Positions 1 through 13,511 of a stretch of DNA of 64,000 nt are shown piece after piece; within the stretch, counting starts at the first letter, position 1; every line of letters begins with the position of its first letter. The notes beneath the pieces are model-generated. The model had not been told where the DNA came from and did no database searches. It saw nothing but the letters and a program-made list of their open reading frames with translations. This stretch comes from Sphagnum compactum (lineage: Eukaryota). The stretch lies in assembly GCA_965153455.1 (NCBI GenBank), contig OZ234494.1, positions 9,238,001-9,302,000 of the forward strand, in the 5' to 3' direction. Both the position numbers and the translations under genes were made by a program.

Positions 1-1749
1 ACACGAGGTTGTTTTGGAGAATGGAGTCGTAGAGTTTCAGCCATGCAATTCGGGTTCAGAGCTTGTGTATTTTTCAAATTAGAAGAGTGTCCATGTTGAA
101 GTTTCATTTCCAAGATTTTTTGTGGGAGAAAATTCAGCTGTTTCTGTAAGCTGTCATTGTTTCAGTTTGTCTGAACTGGAATGCACTTGTGTTTTTTCAG
201 AACCATGATGTGAATGACTTCTTGCAGGGTCCTTGGGCATACTAATTTTTAAGTGGTAGGTGTAAGGCCCACAGATTGGAGTGTTACCAGAATAAGGTAC
301 TGGCCCAAGGCAGTAGTCAAGGCAGTGCCGAATTCTGGTAATGCAACTGTCCAAGGGCCTTACTGTGTGGAATGACCACTCAGCCTCATAGCTGATGTGC
401 AAAGAAAAACTGACAGGCCCTTACAAAAATGTAAGAGCCTGCCCAGAGTTATAACATAACCTCCTCTGTCAAGAGGGGATCTTACGGATTTAAGGCTCCC
501 TCCTAATACACTGCGGAATCCCAGCAAGGTCATTATTTGTAGAAGAGACATGTCCTTCGGGTGTGCTGAGCACAAGATGGGTGGGCAATGTCTGGGCACC
601 TTAGCGGCGTGCAGATGTCAGTTCTGGGAGGAGTTGAACTTTGAAAGAGTGAGCAAACTTGATGGAGCTGTATGTGGTTTTCACAACTTTCTCTGTGGAT
701 TTGTGTATTTGGAGATGAGATGAATCATGGCTATAGATGAGTTTGGAATTGTAGTTTTCAAATCAGAGTGGCATGTTTGGGATAGGAACAGTGGGCAGCT
801 ATGTGCCTGCTACTTTTCTCTGTATAAGGGGTATGGAGCTCTGCATCCATTGCTTGAGAGTCTGGATTTGCTGCCTGGTTGGTTCTGCACCAGCCATGGT
901 GATTGGATTGTGGTGGTGTGGCACTTTTGGGACTGGTTCTCAGTAGATTAAAAAGTGGCACATTCATTAGGGATTTCTTCCACTGAAAGAAACATATAAT
1001 CATGTACCCTTTTTTTGGAGCACATGATCACATGTTTCTGTTGCAGATTCAGTCCGTTTATGCAGGGCATTTTTGTAAGGAGGTCACATGGAAGACAGCA
1101 ATATTGCAAAGGTTCGGTGTGACTTTGCATGGAGCAGTAAATTCCTGTCATGTAGCTGACTGAATTCTTGCCTTATGTCAATTTCCAAGTGGTGAAAGTA
1201 GTGTCCCATTTCCAAGTTACATTATATCTCTTCGTCTTTTGACTGATTGCATAATGTAGTCAAGTGCAGTGATACCTTTGTATGTACACAGGCAACTGTG
1301 GTGTTGGAAGCTTGCTGTTGGAGTGTGGTTTGAGAAGACAGAGTTTGGATCCACCTACTTTTTGCGAGTCTTTGTTCCTTTTTTCTTACCTGCTTTTGCC
1401 TTGTTAGATGGTTGTATGTGCTGCCTGACCTGCAAATGCAAAGGAGAAACGGAACTCTTGAGGACCATGAATATGTTTCCACAGCATGCCTGCTGAAAGG
1501 AGATCACAAATCAAAGCTTCTGCTGGTATGTGACAAGATTTCTCAACCAAGGAAAATCTAGGATTGGAGCAGCACAGCTATTGCTTGACAAAAAAATCAC
1601 TATTACTGCAAAGATGAAGATGTGCCTTATTTAGTAATTGATTCCCAACATTCTGATTCTGCAGAGTTGATTCTCTGCAGATGAACTGAAATATACCTTT
1701 TTTCAGAATGTTCTGTGAGAGGAATGTGTTTCAACTGAAGGAGTGTTAC

Positions 1750-4108
1750 CTCAGCAAGTGCAACTTCTGCGTATGCAAGTTCACTTCGCAAGGATGAGAT
1801 AGTCTGTTGGAGTTCTTCATTTTTGATGCAGACCTCTGCTGCCTGGGTGGCTGTTGAACTAGTGTACCTCGCACTTCCGCGGAGTTCAGACCACTGAGGA
1901 CGTGGAGTCAAGTTATGTGATTGTCTCTCCACCCTCGCTATTTGCATGAGTTTGCTCTCCAAATCCAAGATTTTTTTCTTCGCTTTGTCAAACTCGTCCT
2001 TTGGAACCCTGCAAAAGTTGCAGCTACCAGAGTTGCTGCTGACACAGCACTGTGATGTGCACAAGGTGGTTCTGAAGGCTGCTTTTATCAATGGTGGCAG
2101 ATATGCAAGAGCTGAGCCTAACAATAATAAAGAATGCACTGTTGAGTTCCATGTCATACCCATCAGAAGCCTCTTGCCTAGCAGCTGTCAAATTGGCCTG
2201 AATGTGCTGAACCTCATGGGTGAGGTCTGCATATCTAGCCTCCAGGTTCATGTACTTGTTCACATCATTATCCTGCAAAAAGAAATCTGATTGGTCAGGA
2301 AGCAGTATATATCACTTCTTCCAGCCTAACAAAGTCTGCTACAGAGGAACTTGGTTTTTTATGAAACTTGTCTAATTGTTGCCATGCTTTTTGCTATCTT
2401 TGAAAACTGAGTGATGGAGCTGTGTGATTGTAATGTGTTTATATAACACTTGGGCAGAAAATTTTACATGTCTTTCTGCTAACTCATGAGCTCTCAACAC
2501 ATCTTTCCGGGATTCTTCCAGTTTCTTCTTCAGCTCGTTACCCTGCATGACCACTCCCAACAAAAGTTTTTAGACTCTATTATGCAGCAAACATTGCTAT
2601 TGAGGATCCCATGAATGAGGTTGCCACTATGAGATGAAGAATCAGAGGCAACCTCTTTGTTAGACTTTCTCAAAGTTTTCTGCATAGTGAACAGATCCCC
2701 TTGCAGGTCTCGTGAGTGGGATTTTTCTTTTGAGATTTCCTCTTTCAGATCCTGCAGACCCATCCAAACAGATTGTCAACTACTTGCTATATCCTCAATA
2801 TGGTGGCCGAATGTAGGTTTGAACTTAGAACTAGTGTTTTTGTTCCTGTCAGATGTCTGCTTGCAACCAAATGGGTTCCTTTTAATAAATAGAGGACCTC
2901 GTGTAGTAGCAGGAGATGGGCACACATATGGCATACCTGAATGTGATGTTCAATGCGATCTATGACAACCTGACGCTCCTGTAGCATCATGTTCCACTTC
3001 TTCTGCTCCTCAAGTAAGCCTTCATACTTTTCTTCCAATTTGGCCACTAAATCAAAGTATGGGACCTGCATAAATTTGTTTTAAAGATGTGTTCATGGGA
3101 AGAAATGCAAGGAAAACTCACTTGTGTTGTTGTTCCAAATGAAATTTTTCTTGGAGGAGCCTGAAAGATGATGGTGAGCACCTTGCCAAAAGATGCACCA
3201 TCATGAAGTGTCATGTACTTGCTGTATATGGCCTGCTCTATCACTTCCCGTATGGTGCCCAACACACGAGCAAATGGCATACTCATTTCACATATCTCTC
3301 TCAACAACTGCACCCCTTCTTGCCTTTGCAACAAAAATGAGCCCCTTGCTTTGCTATCTTCCATAAACTTGTTGAAATTAATCATAGAAATACTCTCCAT
3401 GTGCAAAGAGTATAGACAGCAATCCAGATTAAGATTGTCTTTGCAGTGCAAGAGCATTACCAGGCAGCAGACACTGGTGCGATATGCATTAGGTTTGTCC
3501 TCATGGTCTCCAAGGGTGGTTGCTCTGTTCCATATCCCTTTGCCTAGCATCTCTGCCAGTTTCACCTGATTCCTAACCCTAAAATCACACCATCAGAAAA
3601 ATCTGTGTGTCTGAAGGCTAGCTTTTCCCATGTGTGCAGAGATGAAGGACAGAATTTCAAGAAGAGGTGATGATGCACTGACCTCACAGTACACTGCTCT
3701 GGATTTAAAGCCAGACATTGGCAGATCAACAGGTTTTCCTTGGGCTTGGGGAAGCTGCTGCTGCTGTGTACTGTTACCATATATACTGTCTTCCTCATCC
3801 AGAAAGTCATTTCTGTGATCATCACTCTCACCACGACGATGAAAATCCCTGGGTGTTGCTTTTGCTTCTGGCTGCAATGGATTCTTGGCTGGCAGCTTCG
3901 AAGTACTATGAAGATGTGGTTTCACACGATTCACAGCATCATGGTAACTGGTAGCTCCAGAAAGAATTTCCCTGTAATTTGGTAGTTGAATGTCCTCATC
4001 TGAATCAGACATGCTGTGATGTTGATTAAATTTCTTGTGTGTCTGGATTGACAATTGCTCTAGAAACTCCACAGCTGCTGCCTGTGCATCAGAAGTTGCA
4101 CAAGAGCC
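1750..4108 (-). CDS. Multi-exon uncharacterised coiled-coil protein (partial model; true start and 3' exons unresolved, may extend toward ~150)
   Basis: Eight exons with GT..AG borders join in phase: 4108-3683, 3565-3461, 3307-3182, 3065-2937, 2751-2653, 2542-2468, 2272-2160, 2008-1750 (~444 aa). The product has E/K/Q/L-rich heptad-like segments (DLKEEISKEK..., GNELKKKLEESRK...) and an LTPRPQW motif. Confidence 0.7.
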
Positions 4109-4432
4109 CTGGGAAGGAGGAGAAACAAAGCGAGAAATCACAGAACATGTGGAGGATGCAAGGCATGCAAACAACCAGCATTGTAATTCTTGCGATTAGA
4201 GTGGAAACACTGCCAACCCATCAGCACCAGATTCTTATGTGTTTTCTCAAAGGACACATAGCACCTCTTGGTATGGTGCTGTTGTTCCTTTGCAGGAAGG
4301 GCAAGTAAAAAAGAACAGTGACCATGGTGGCAGTTAATAAGGGCTGTCAGCTGAACTGGAAAGAACTTTAGGTCTCTTGATCACTCATTCAACTACCCAT
4401 TCATGTTTGGGTGCCAAAGTTTTATTCAGAAA

Positions 4433-5277
4433 CCCACAGATTGCAATCCTACATCTGATGTGGTCACAGTGCTCCACAGATTGCAATACTACAGCTGATG
4501 TGGGCAGAATGCTCCACAGATTGAAAGACTGGGACCGATTGCAATCACAAATGCTCCACAAATTGCAATACTACAAGTGATGTGGTCAAAATGCTCCACA
4601 GATTGAAATACTAGGAACAGTATGGTCACAAGATGCCCCACAAATTGCAATACTACAACTGGTGCAGTCAAGATGCTCCACTGATTGAAATATTGGGCCC
4701 AATGCAGTCAGAAATGCTCCATAGATTGCAATACAACTGATATGGTCAAAATCCTCCACAGATTGAAATACTGGGACTGGTGCCATCACAAATGCTCCAA
4801 AAATGTTGCAATATGACAACTAAGGCAGTCACAATGCTCCACAGATTGCAATACTACAATTGATGTGGGGAAAATGCTCCACAGATTGCAATACTACAAC
4901 TGATGTGGCTGTAACACTCCACTGATCACAATACTACAAGCATGCATTCAATCCACAGATTGAAGTACTACGGCAATGCCACTGATTGAAGATCTTCAAG
5001 CAATATCCCAATGCACCACAAATTGAAATACTACAAAACAATGCAATTTGCAATGCTCCACAGATTAAAGATCCATAACAATGCTGTCGCAATGCTCCAT
5101 AGGTTGACGTACTACAAGCATGCATCACAATGCTCCACAGTTTGAAGTATTATGACACTGCAATTCTAATGCTCCACAGATTGAAGTACTACAACAATGC
5201 AATCTTAATCCTTCTCAGATTGAAAACCTCTAGCCATGTAGTTACATCATTAATGCTCAACACTCCATAGATTGAAC
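4433..5277. repeat. Degenerate ~40-bp minisatellite, ~22 units
   Basis: Recurrent core AATGCTCCACAGATTG(C/A)AATACT separated by more variable ~15-20 bp segments. Confidence 0.9.
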
Positions 5278-7727
5278 ACAAAATATAAGTTGGTGAAAGA
5301 AACAAAAGAAAAACATCGAGTGATATAGAAAGGAGATAAGAATTAAAAGGAAATTATAGAAAAATTTGAAGCAGAACATCATGGATTTCTATTTCTTCTT
5401 TTGCAATATGCAACTTCAATCTTGAATGCATGAGAGTAACATGTTTACTCCAAATCACCTCCCAAATCCAACTTATCACATGTGTTTTTGTTTGCATGTT
5501 TTGCTTCAATGAAGCAAATTAAAATTCATTCTCAAAAGGTTTGCAAAGGTCTACCTATATAATAAACAAATGTACAAAATTTCAAATCATTGGAACGAAA
5601 ATGCTTTTAAAAGTTGTAATTAAATAACAACTCAAAAATATTTCTTCAAGAAAAAAATGATTTCATGATTTGATTTATACTTATACCTACCTACCTACCT
5701 ACAATCTACCTACCTATAAATAGGCCTACTTAAAATGAACTTGGACAAGTTTCTATTTAGTTATGTAAATTAAAGTATGTTTATATCTTAACATAAATAA
5801 AACATAAATTATATAGTTCCCAACATTTAAACATTTTTATTTATTTATTACTTATTAAATATTATGTGGTTTTACATAATGAATATTTTTATTTATTTAT
5901 TAAAATATTTTTCATTATATTAAATGAAACCTTGTTATAAAAAGTTAACATTTTTCTGAATTTTATGATAAGATTTGTTATTTAATTATAAACTTGGTTT
6001 AAACAATCATATAGTATGTCATTCTAATCAAGTGATAAATTAAAATGTTTTAATACATATGTAGTAATTTTATGCATAAAGGAAATGCAATATATGGATT
6101 AATTTGATCCAATATTGAAATATTAATTTTGAATTTTACAAAAAATAAAATCCAATGAATATATATATATATGTTCAAAATGATGTATGTCTATATGCAT
6201 GGGTTGTTTGAACCTATCCAAGGTTAACTAGGTCTCCCTCCTCACCCCTACCTACAATGGATATGAAAAGACAAATTAAAATGTGCCTTTCCATGTTATC
6301 TACATGAAAATAATCAAATAACTTACTAATCAAATCTAATAATAAGTCCCATGGCGAGAAACAAGTAGTTGTTGATGACTAGTAGCAAGCAAGAGAGAAG
6401 GCTTCTTGTTAATTAGATTTGACTCTTTTTTTTTTTGGGACCAATGTTTGGATGTCTAGTTATGCACTTGTAGAACATGAGACAACTAAAGATCAAATAT
6501 GTTTCTTTCAATTATGAACATTTGCTTAAAACATTTGAAATTAGTTGTGTTTGTCCCATACATGCTTCCTAAAACCTAAAATCATACATGCATGTCTACT
6601 ATCTTAAGGCAATAATAAATTTTTATAACATAAAAAACAACAAAAATACAAACAAATTAATCAATTAAAATTTAATTTCATTATGATTTTTGTTATTAAA
6701 TCTTCATCAAAACCTTATTAAAGTTTTTAAAATAACACCAAATTAATTAAAAGCATTTATATCTCAAAATTGATGTGTTTTATTTTAATCAATTATTGCA
6801 TAGTTTTTCAAATCAATTGTCTAAAAATCTCATTTTAATAAGATTTAGAGGAATTAAAGCCAATTATTTGTATGTTTATAAAAAAAAAATCATTTTAAAA
6901 ATTAGTTATATGAATTTTTTTGTACATTTCACAATGATATGAAACATCATCATACAAAAAGGCAAGTGACAACCCAAAAAATATCATCATAGTTTTGTAC
7001 CATAAAGCATATTTTAGTGCGGCGCATAAAGCCAAACAAGGAAATCAACACGAGTCAGTTAAATGTTTCTGACCCTAGTCTGTATCTTGTCAATGCTCTG
7101 AAAGGTAACCCAAAATTTCAACAACAAAAGGAGGAGACACACAAGAAACAGAGTCTTCAGACAGATCTATCTGGCAAGACTGGCTGGGTTGATTCTAATT
7201 GGAATTGTTGCAAAGGACTACAAACACAGTTACAAAATGTTCTAGGCGCCTTCAAGTGCTGCAAGTATCAACCATGTCTTAGTCAGGTGTGCACACAGTT
7301 TAAATGTGCAGAGCCAATCTACAGACGAATTTCTCCTGGAGAATGAGGAAAGAATATGTGGTCTCTAGATCTACAACTATATTGCTCATGAACTTAGAGC
7401 AACCTGCCATGTCTCTGTTCAAAACAAATTCCTCTAGGCAATGGCTAGGAATTTCTATGCTGCATACTTTTTTCATGGGCGAATTAACCGCCAACCTATC
7501 ACTGTGATTCACATACTCTTTTTGAAATCGTTCTCATCTAAAACTCATGGAGCTAAAAGTAGGATTCACATACAAGATATGATGACCAAAGCAGCTCTCT
7601 TGTAGACTTGAGAGATTTGATTACAGATGAAATGTGCAATCAGACTTTCACTCCCCTAACTAAACCCCACTGATCTGATTTGAAAGGGTTTCATGTGACA
7701 AGAGGCCAGAATGTACAGAGAAACCAA

Positions 7728-10700
7728 TCACAGCTCATGAGTCATGTCCTCCACTTCAGCTTGCTCTTGGGTTTGCTCCCACAGTTTCTCATCCAGGGAC
7801 TGCCGGACCTGTTTACGTGACTCCCGTCGATGCCTCTTTGGCACCAGACGTGGCTCTGCCTGCTTCACACCAGCTGCACCCATCTTGTACCTACCCACCA
7901 GCACCACCTTTTATATTTTCATAGAGAGAAATACAGAAATATTTCTCTGAGTGTATCATCCAGCCATTGCACAGAGATCACCATGAAGGACACTCTCATT
8001 TTTCCTGCTGTTATGCTTTAAGGGTTCATCCACCAACCAGTGAGATCAAACCTGCAGGTTACCCCATATACAAGTGGGAGGCTCTAGTTCTAAATTGACT
8101 CACTGTGCTTTGTGTCATGAAAGCTCATGTTTTCACTCCCTCTCATCAGAAAGAATCGCACCTTATATCACTTTCTCGCTTGGTACCAAGAACTCGCTTT
8201 TCAACTTCCTCTCTCTTTCTGACCTCCTCCAGAAGTCCCAGATAGTGCGAGTATCGGTCCCAGTCACTGCCAACTGCACAATATGGCTCCCCAACATGCA
8301 AGCAGTTTGCAAACGAGCAGCCTCCAGTGGCACTTGCCTCCTGCTTTGCCCTCACCTGCCAATGCCACACAGTCAATGAGACCATCTCCGATAACAGTTG
8401 CTTGCAACAGCTGGAAGTTCAAAACTCATTTGGGCAAGTACAAAATTTGGCTAGTGCATTGCTCTTTCAATCAGATTCTGATTCAGACATTCAGATCTCC
8501 TTATCATTTCCACTCTCCCTTGGAAGGGGAGCAAACATGTCGATGCAAACCATAGATGAAGCTTCCAGTCACCCTATTTTGAAAGAAGAAATTGTGAAGG
8601 CACAAGGAAAACTATGCTGCACCTCTGGAAAGAGCTCTCCAAGGGTTGCACTCATGACTTTGGCCAGGCTAGGTTGGCTGAATCCTGGAGTGTCAGCAAG
8701 GAGACCATCTCCACCTGGCAGGCGCAGGAGTGAAACATGGCGTGTTGTATGCCTTCCTTTACCAGATCTTAATGACACCTCACTTACTTGCAGTGCTTCA
8801 AACTTTTCATGATCTTCAGCTACCTGCTTGAAAAGATGCAACTAAACACTAGTGAGTATAAGGGTTATGATGGTGTGCATGGCCCGGCAGAGGACCATAG
8901 CAAGACACCATTGTGGTAAACAGAGATACATGACATCTAATCTTTTGGAAATGCATTCTGAAGGTATGATCATGGACATAACTTCATAATATTCAAACAC
9001 AAACATTCAGTCATGTTGGATTCTATACACTTGATTGGGTCATTTGGCTATGAAAGCAAAGTTACCAGTGCCTCTGGGCACACAGACACCCATGCTTTAG
9101 AGTGATCCATTACTAGTAGTGATTTAAGGTGTACCAGGCATGCCTATGCAGAGCCTATGCAGAATCACCAACCCATAAAGCCTACACCCCTTCTGTTAAG
9201 GCTCTTCAACACACCCCACTGCAGTTGTCTTACAGTTTGTAAATGTAATGACTTTACACTTCATCTGTACTATATGCAGGGACACTCCTCACAAGAACAT
9301 GTCCACAGTAATCAAGGAGCTCCCCTCCCAACTTATCCATCATGAAGACTCACAGTTCACCATACCTCCTGAGGAATGATGAATTCAACATCTTCTTCAG
9401 ACTCTTCAGGGGCCAAACTTTGAAGGTGTTCAATTGCTTTATTCTCATGCCACAGATCAACCCCACCATCGTCACGCAAGGCATTGATGAGGCTTGATTT
9501 GCCAACTCCACTGGGCCCAACTACCACTGAGATCTTGTCTTTCAGAAGGCCCATGATCGGAGCTATTCCAGACAATGTACTTACACTGCAGATAAGAGGC
9601 TCGTAGCCCCATTCTGCTAGCTTCTCTTTCCATCTATCAATGTCCTGTGCACACAGACTACTGATATTACTTGTCAGCAAGCACAAAAATCTCATCATCC
9701 AAAGCTAGCAAGCACAACAATCTGACCATCCCAGCAATTTCCATGTTCCACACCTTGTTGGCAATTGGCCTTCTTGTGTACTCTCACAACTCTGGGAGAA
9801 AAGGTTAGGGTGCTGCAATGGGTTGGATGAGAGCTGTATTCACTCTAACAGGAAGCACAATCTCTCAAGGATTCTAAATCACATCTTCTTTCTTCTCACT
9901 ACATGTCCAAAGAAGATTCAGAATTAAGACACAAGGTAAAATGGGTCAGGTTTCCACTTCTGAGAATCAACTTTGTGAAGACATAATGATCACCCTGAAA
10001 AAGCTCATGAATCCTACTGGGACACTCAGTTTCTCAACAAAACACAATTCCATGCATTTGCATTCCAGAGCCAGAACCTACCCTCGAATCCAGTTTTCAA
10101 CAGGCAATGATTCCGTGTGATCAGAGGACGAGAATTCAGAGGAGGAGATCTGCTGCCAAACCCTAGATCATTGTTCCCCCCTTCAATTGCAAGTCCAGAA
10201 ACTGCAATCAAGGCTGGAGAGAGATTCTCACCATGCAGCTAACCCTAGTTACACAAGCAAACTTGGTTCCAAGCTTTTCAAAAAAGCTCAAACATCCTCA
10301 CCAAGTCTTCAGAAACATGGAGTTGTTGTTGTCAAACTTCTCTTCCTAAAACCAGACACATGAAAGAAAGGAAAGGAAAGGAAAGGAGAGACAGTGTGGC
10401 CATGAGACAGAGATGATGAAGATGATGATGATGATGGTGATGGTGATCCTCACCTCTGGTTGCACCAAGTCTGCCTTGTTCAACACGAGAGTGAAAGGAA
10501 TGCCCGTGGACTCCGCCTCCACAAGAAAGCGGCTGAGAGCCAAGGGATCCAGCTTGGGACGATCCAGGGAGAAGAGGACCAGCAAATGCTCCACATTGGC
10601 AACAGGAGGTTCCGCTATCTCAGAGTGTCTGTCCAGCACGTCTTCCACCATGCCTCGACGATCGATCCAGTCGATCCCCGAGACCAAAACCCTATCCCCT

Positions 10701-11305
10701 ACCAATACCCGCCTCTTGATCTTCTTAAGTAATGCACGAACCACGCACAAAAGCTCCGTCCCTTGTCTTGCTTCCACTCCATTGCCGTTCTCCTCCTGAG
10801 CATTTTCCTGTGCACAGTCGAGCTTACTAGAAGCCAATTCCCCGTTCGTTTCCACAGCAACAACAGCATCAGGAGCAGCAGCATCTGCTTCCCAAGCCCT
10901 CTCGATGAAGACGCGCATGAAATTGGCCTGTGCAGCCATGACTTGGCCCAGAGCTTGATCCTCCCGGAGCAGCGGCAGCGCCGCAGCAGCATTTCCTCCG
11001 GCGGTGTCAGTCTTGTTCTGTATCGTATCAAGCGAGTTTCGGAAATTCTCTATCCCTGCATGTCCGATTTTCTTGCCGGATTCGTCCGTCTTCCAACGCT
11101 TGGATTGCTGTAATCGCACCCCGCTCTGATTCTTCCTAGCTGCCTCTATCTCCAACACTGCTCCTCCTCCTGCTTTGCTCACGTGATGACAAGTCGAGGA
11201 AAGCTGCGGCTGCGTCGTGTGAAGAAGGAATGCGGCATGTAGCTTCGATGGACACAAAGCAGCACCTGCCGCCGCAGCAGCAGCAGCTCCATTACACCAA
11301 CCCAT
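7728..11305 (-). CDS. rsgA: RsgA/EngC (YjeQ)-family circularly permuted ribosome-biogenesis GTPase, probably organelle-targeted, 562 aa
   Basis: Exons 11305-10454, 9644-9366, 8823-8623, 8355-8162, 7890-7728 join in frame (1689 nt). Motifs occur in permuted order: OB-fold VGDRV, PPVANV, G4 NKAD, G1 GPSGVGKSS, GRHTTRH, G3 DTPG, then Zn site CSFANCLHVGEPYC. The N-terminus is Ala/Ser-rich. Confidence 0.95.
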
Positions 11306-12675
11306 GGAGCTCGCTAGCTAGTGCCCACAAACCGCACCTGCAACACTCCACTCTTCTGACGAGCGACCAGCTCGGCATTGAAAATCCGCGGGGAAAGTGT
11401 GGTGGTGGGGAAGAACATTCACGGTTGCCTCGAATCTACGCCACGCCACGCAGCAACAAAAAGGAAGCGGATGACGGGAGGAAGAAGAAGAAGATAAGGA
11501 TCCGTGCGGCCGGTGCCAAATCCCTATCAGCGTTTGTCAACCAAATGCTCAACAACGATCGATGTTGCAAGGTCCTCTACGACAGCATCCTTTTCTTCTT
11601 CTTCTCTTGATCGCCAATTCCACCTGTAGCTCAAGCGATTCTTGGCTGTTTCTTTTGCGAAAAGATTCAAGGAATGCCGCAGGGCTGATGCACTACCTAC
11701 TGTTTGTTTTTCGTCAGGATTCTTCATTCATGTCGAGCTTTTTGAGTCATGGATTTGTTTAGGTTTTGCAGAGCAAAAAACAGATCCAAGAGAAGAAGCA
11801 AAGAAACAAAGAGAGACTGACTGTAAATGGCACCTTGAACAGCTGACAGATGTCTGCAAGATTGCATCTGCATACAGATTGAGATGCTCGACATGATGAT
11901 GATGCCCCCACAAAGTCAAGGAATCATAAAACAGAAAATTGAACTCCGGCACATTCTCTCTGCCTGGAAAGAATGCCAAGAATGTGACAGAATCATCAAC
12001 CTCCCTGAGAGGAACATTTCACCAACACCACCACTCATAGAAACATAGCAATTCGATCAAACCAGAACCATAGCAGTGGCCTCAGATGCTCAGACTGTAG
12101 GCAATCTTCACCAGTTTCTCTGCTGCACAGATAGTTGCATGTGATGGACTTTGCAGTCATATTTCCAAATAGAAACTAATAGTTGGGTCTGCCACAAAGG
12201 ATGGATTCAGCTGCCTGCGACGCAGCTTGAGAGCTCAAGAGGAGAGAGAGAGAGAGAGAGAGATTAGAGTAGACCGATCTTGTGAGAAACAATGGATCCA
12301 TCATCTGCCTGAGTAGCTCAAGACTGAAAGAGAGTGAGATTAGTATGGCTGTGAGCTTGTGATATTAGAGATGGGTCTGTTGGAAAACCACCTTAGGCAT
12401 CTATGCTAGCACTGAATTGGATTCCTGTGTATTGGGAGCAGGGTTTTAGCCTGCAATTGTCCACTGGTGGTGTTGGAGCTTTTGTCCAGCAAACAATGGC
12501 ATCAAAGTCTATGTGCAGAATGCCTGCACATACTGAAGCAGGCCTTGAATCAGCAGCCTTGAGTTCACCTCGAAAGGAGGGAAAGTAGCTGTTGTGTGGA
12601 AGCATGTGGAAATGGAAACATGTAACTAACATTGCATTGGCTTCTTGAAAAAAATTCATGGTGTTGATGTTGTTG

Positions 12676-13511
12676 TTAGTGATATATATAGCCATCGCCA
12701 ACCAGCACCTTCTCGTGTTGTGCTCTCTCCAAATCACCTGACATTATCATCGCCACCAACTGCTTGAAACCAAGTTTTGGTTCCCAGCCAAAACCTTTCT
12801 TGGCCTTTTTAGCTGACCCTCTGAGATTATCCACCTCTGATGGTCGGAAGCACCTGCACACAAAGCACAGGACAGTTCTATTGCCAGATTTGCATTAGAG
12901 GGTGTGTGTGTGTGTGTCTCAAAGCATTTGACTGATCCGTGTTCAACTGAAATTTCATGAGTGACAGAGACAGAGAGTTGAAAAAGATTTTTGCAATTGG
13001 ATCAAGAGCAACTGCCCTTGGATCAATTTCCACATGCTCCTTCTAATCACGCCCCCGCATCTCCAAACCTCCTCCCAAAAGTCCTCAACAGTGTGTGAGA
13101 CTACTCTGTAGCAACAACATAGTCAGCCATCAGGCTTTTCTTGCTGCAGCATCAACCACAAAGCCTTGACATGTCCACCCACAAAAACCCCCAGTCTTGA
13201 GAAGCCTTCAAATTGCCAAGAAACAGCTTCTTCTGGAGACCGATTTTGATTCCTCTGACTGCTCTTGTGGTCTTTCAAGTCACAAAATTCTCACCCCGAC
13301 AAGGAGCCTTGTGGTTGAACAGAATGTCATTTGCATGCAATTAATCCATAGAGCCTCCTGGTAATTCACTGTGTACCAGTGTGTTGCAACTTTGGATACA
13401 GCATAAAGGTTTAGGGTTTAGATTTTATGGGTGGAAGATGGTGTTCTCATCTTGTGGAGGTGGAGTTGCTTGATACATTTCTGATGATGATCCAATCTGA
13501 TAGCACTTCAT
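12676..13511 (-). pseudogene. GMD: GDP-mannose 4,6-dehydratase (GMD/MUR1-like) pseudogene, 3' part
   Basis: Broken translation gives [70 protein letters not shown] and FRPSEVDNLRG..GWEPKLGFKQLV..KVLVGDGYI, with several stops and frameshifts. An intron remnant lies at ~12855-13017. Confidence 0.9.

Noticed and set aside
154-1500. Definite 3' exons of the coiled-coil gene
   Set aside because: Several candidate acceptors and donors exist but no unique phase-consistent chain could be fixed, so the region is left unannotated.
4433-5277. CRISPR array
   Set aside because: The linkers are related to each other, the repeats are degenerate, there are no cas genes and the context is eukaryotic. It is a minisatellite.
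10413-11113. Plus-strand ORFs of 90-128 aa
   Set aside because: Antisense shadows of the GC-rich rsgA exon 1; one starts in a (GAT)n microsatellite.
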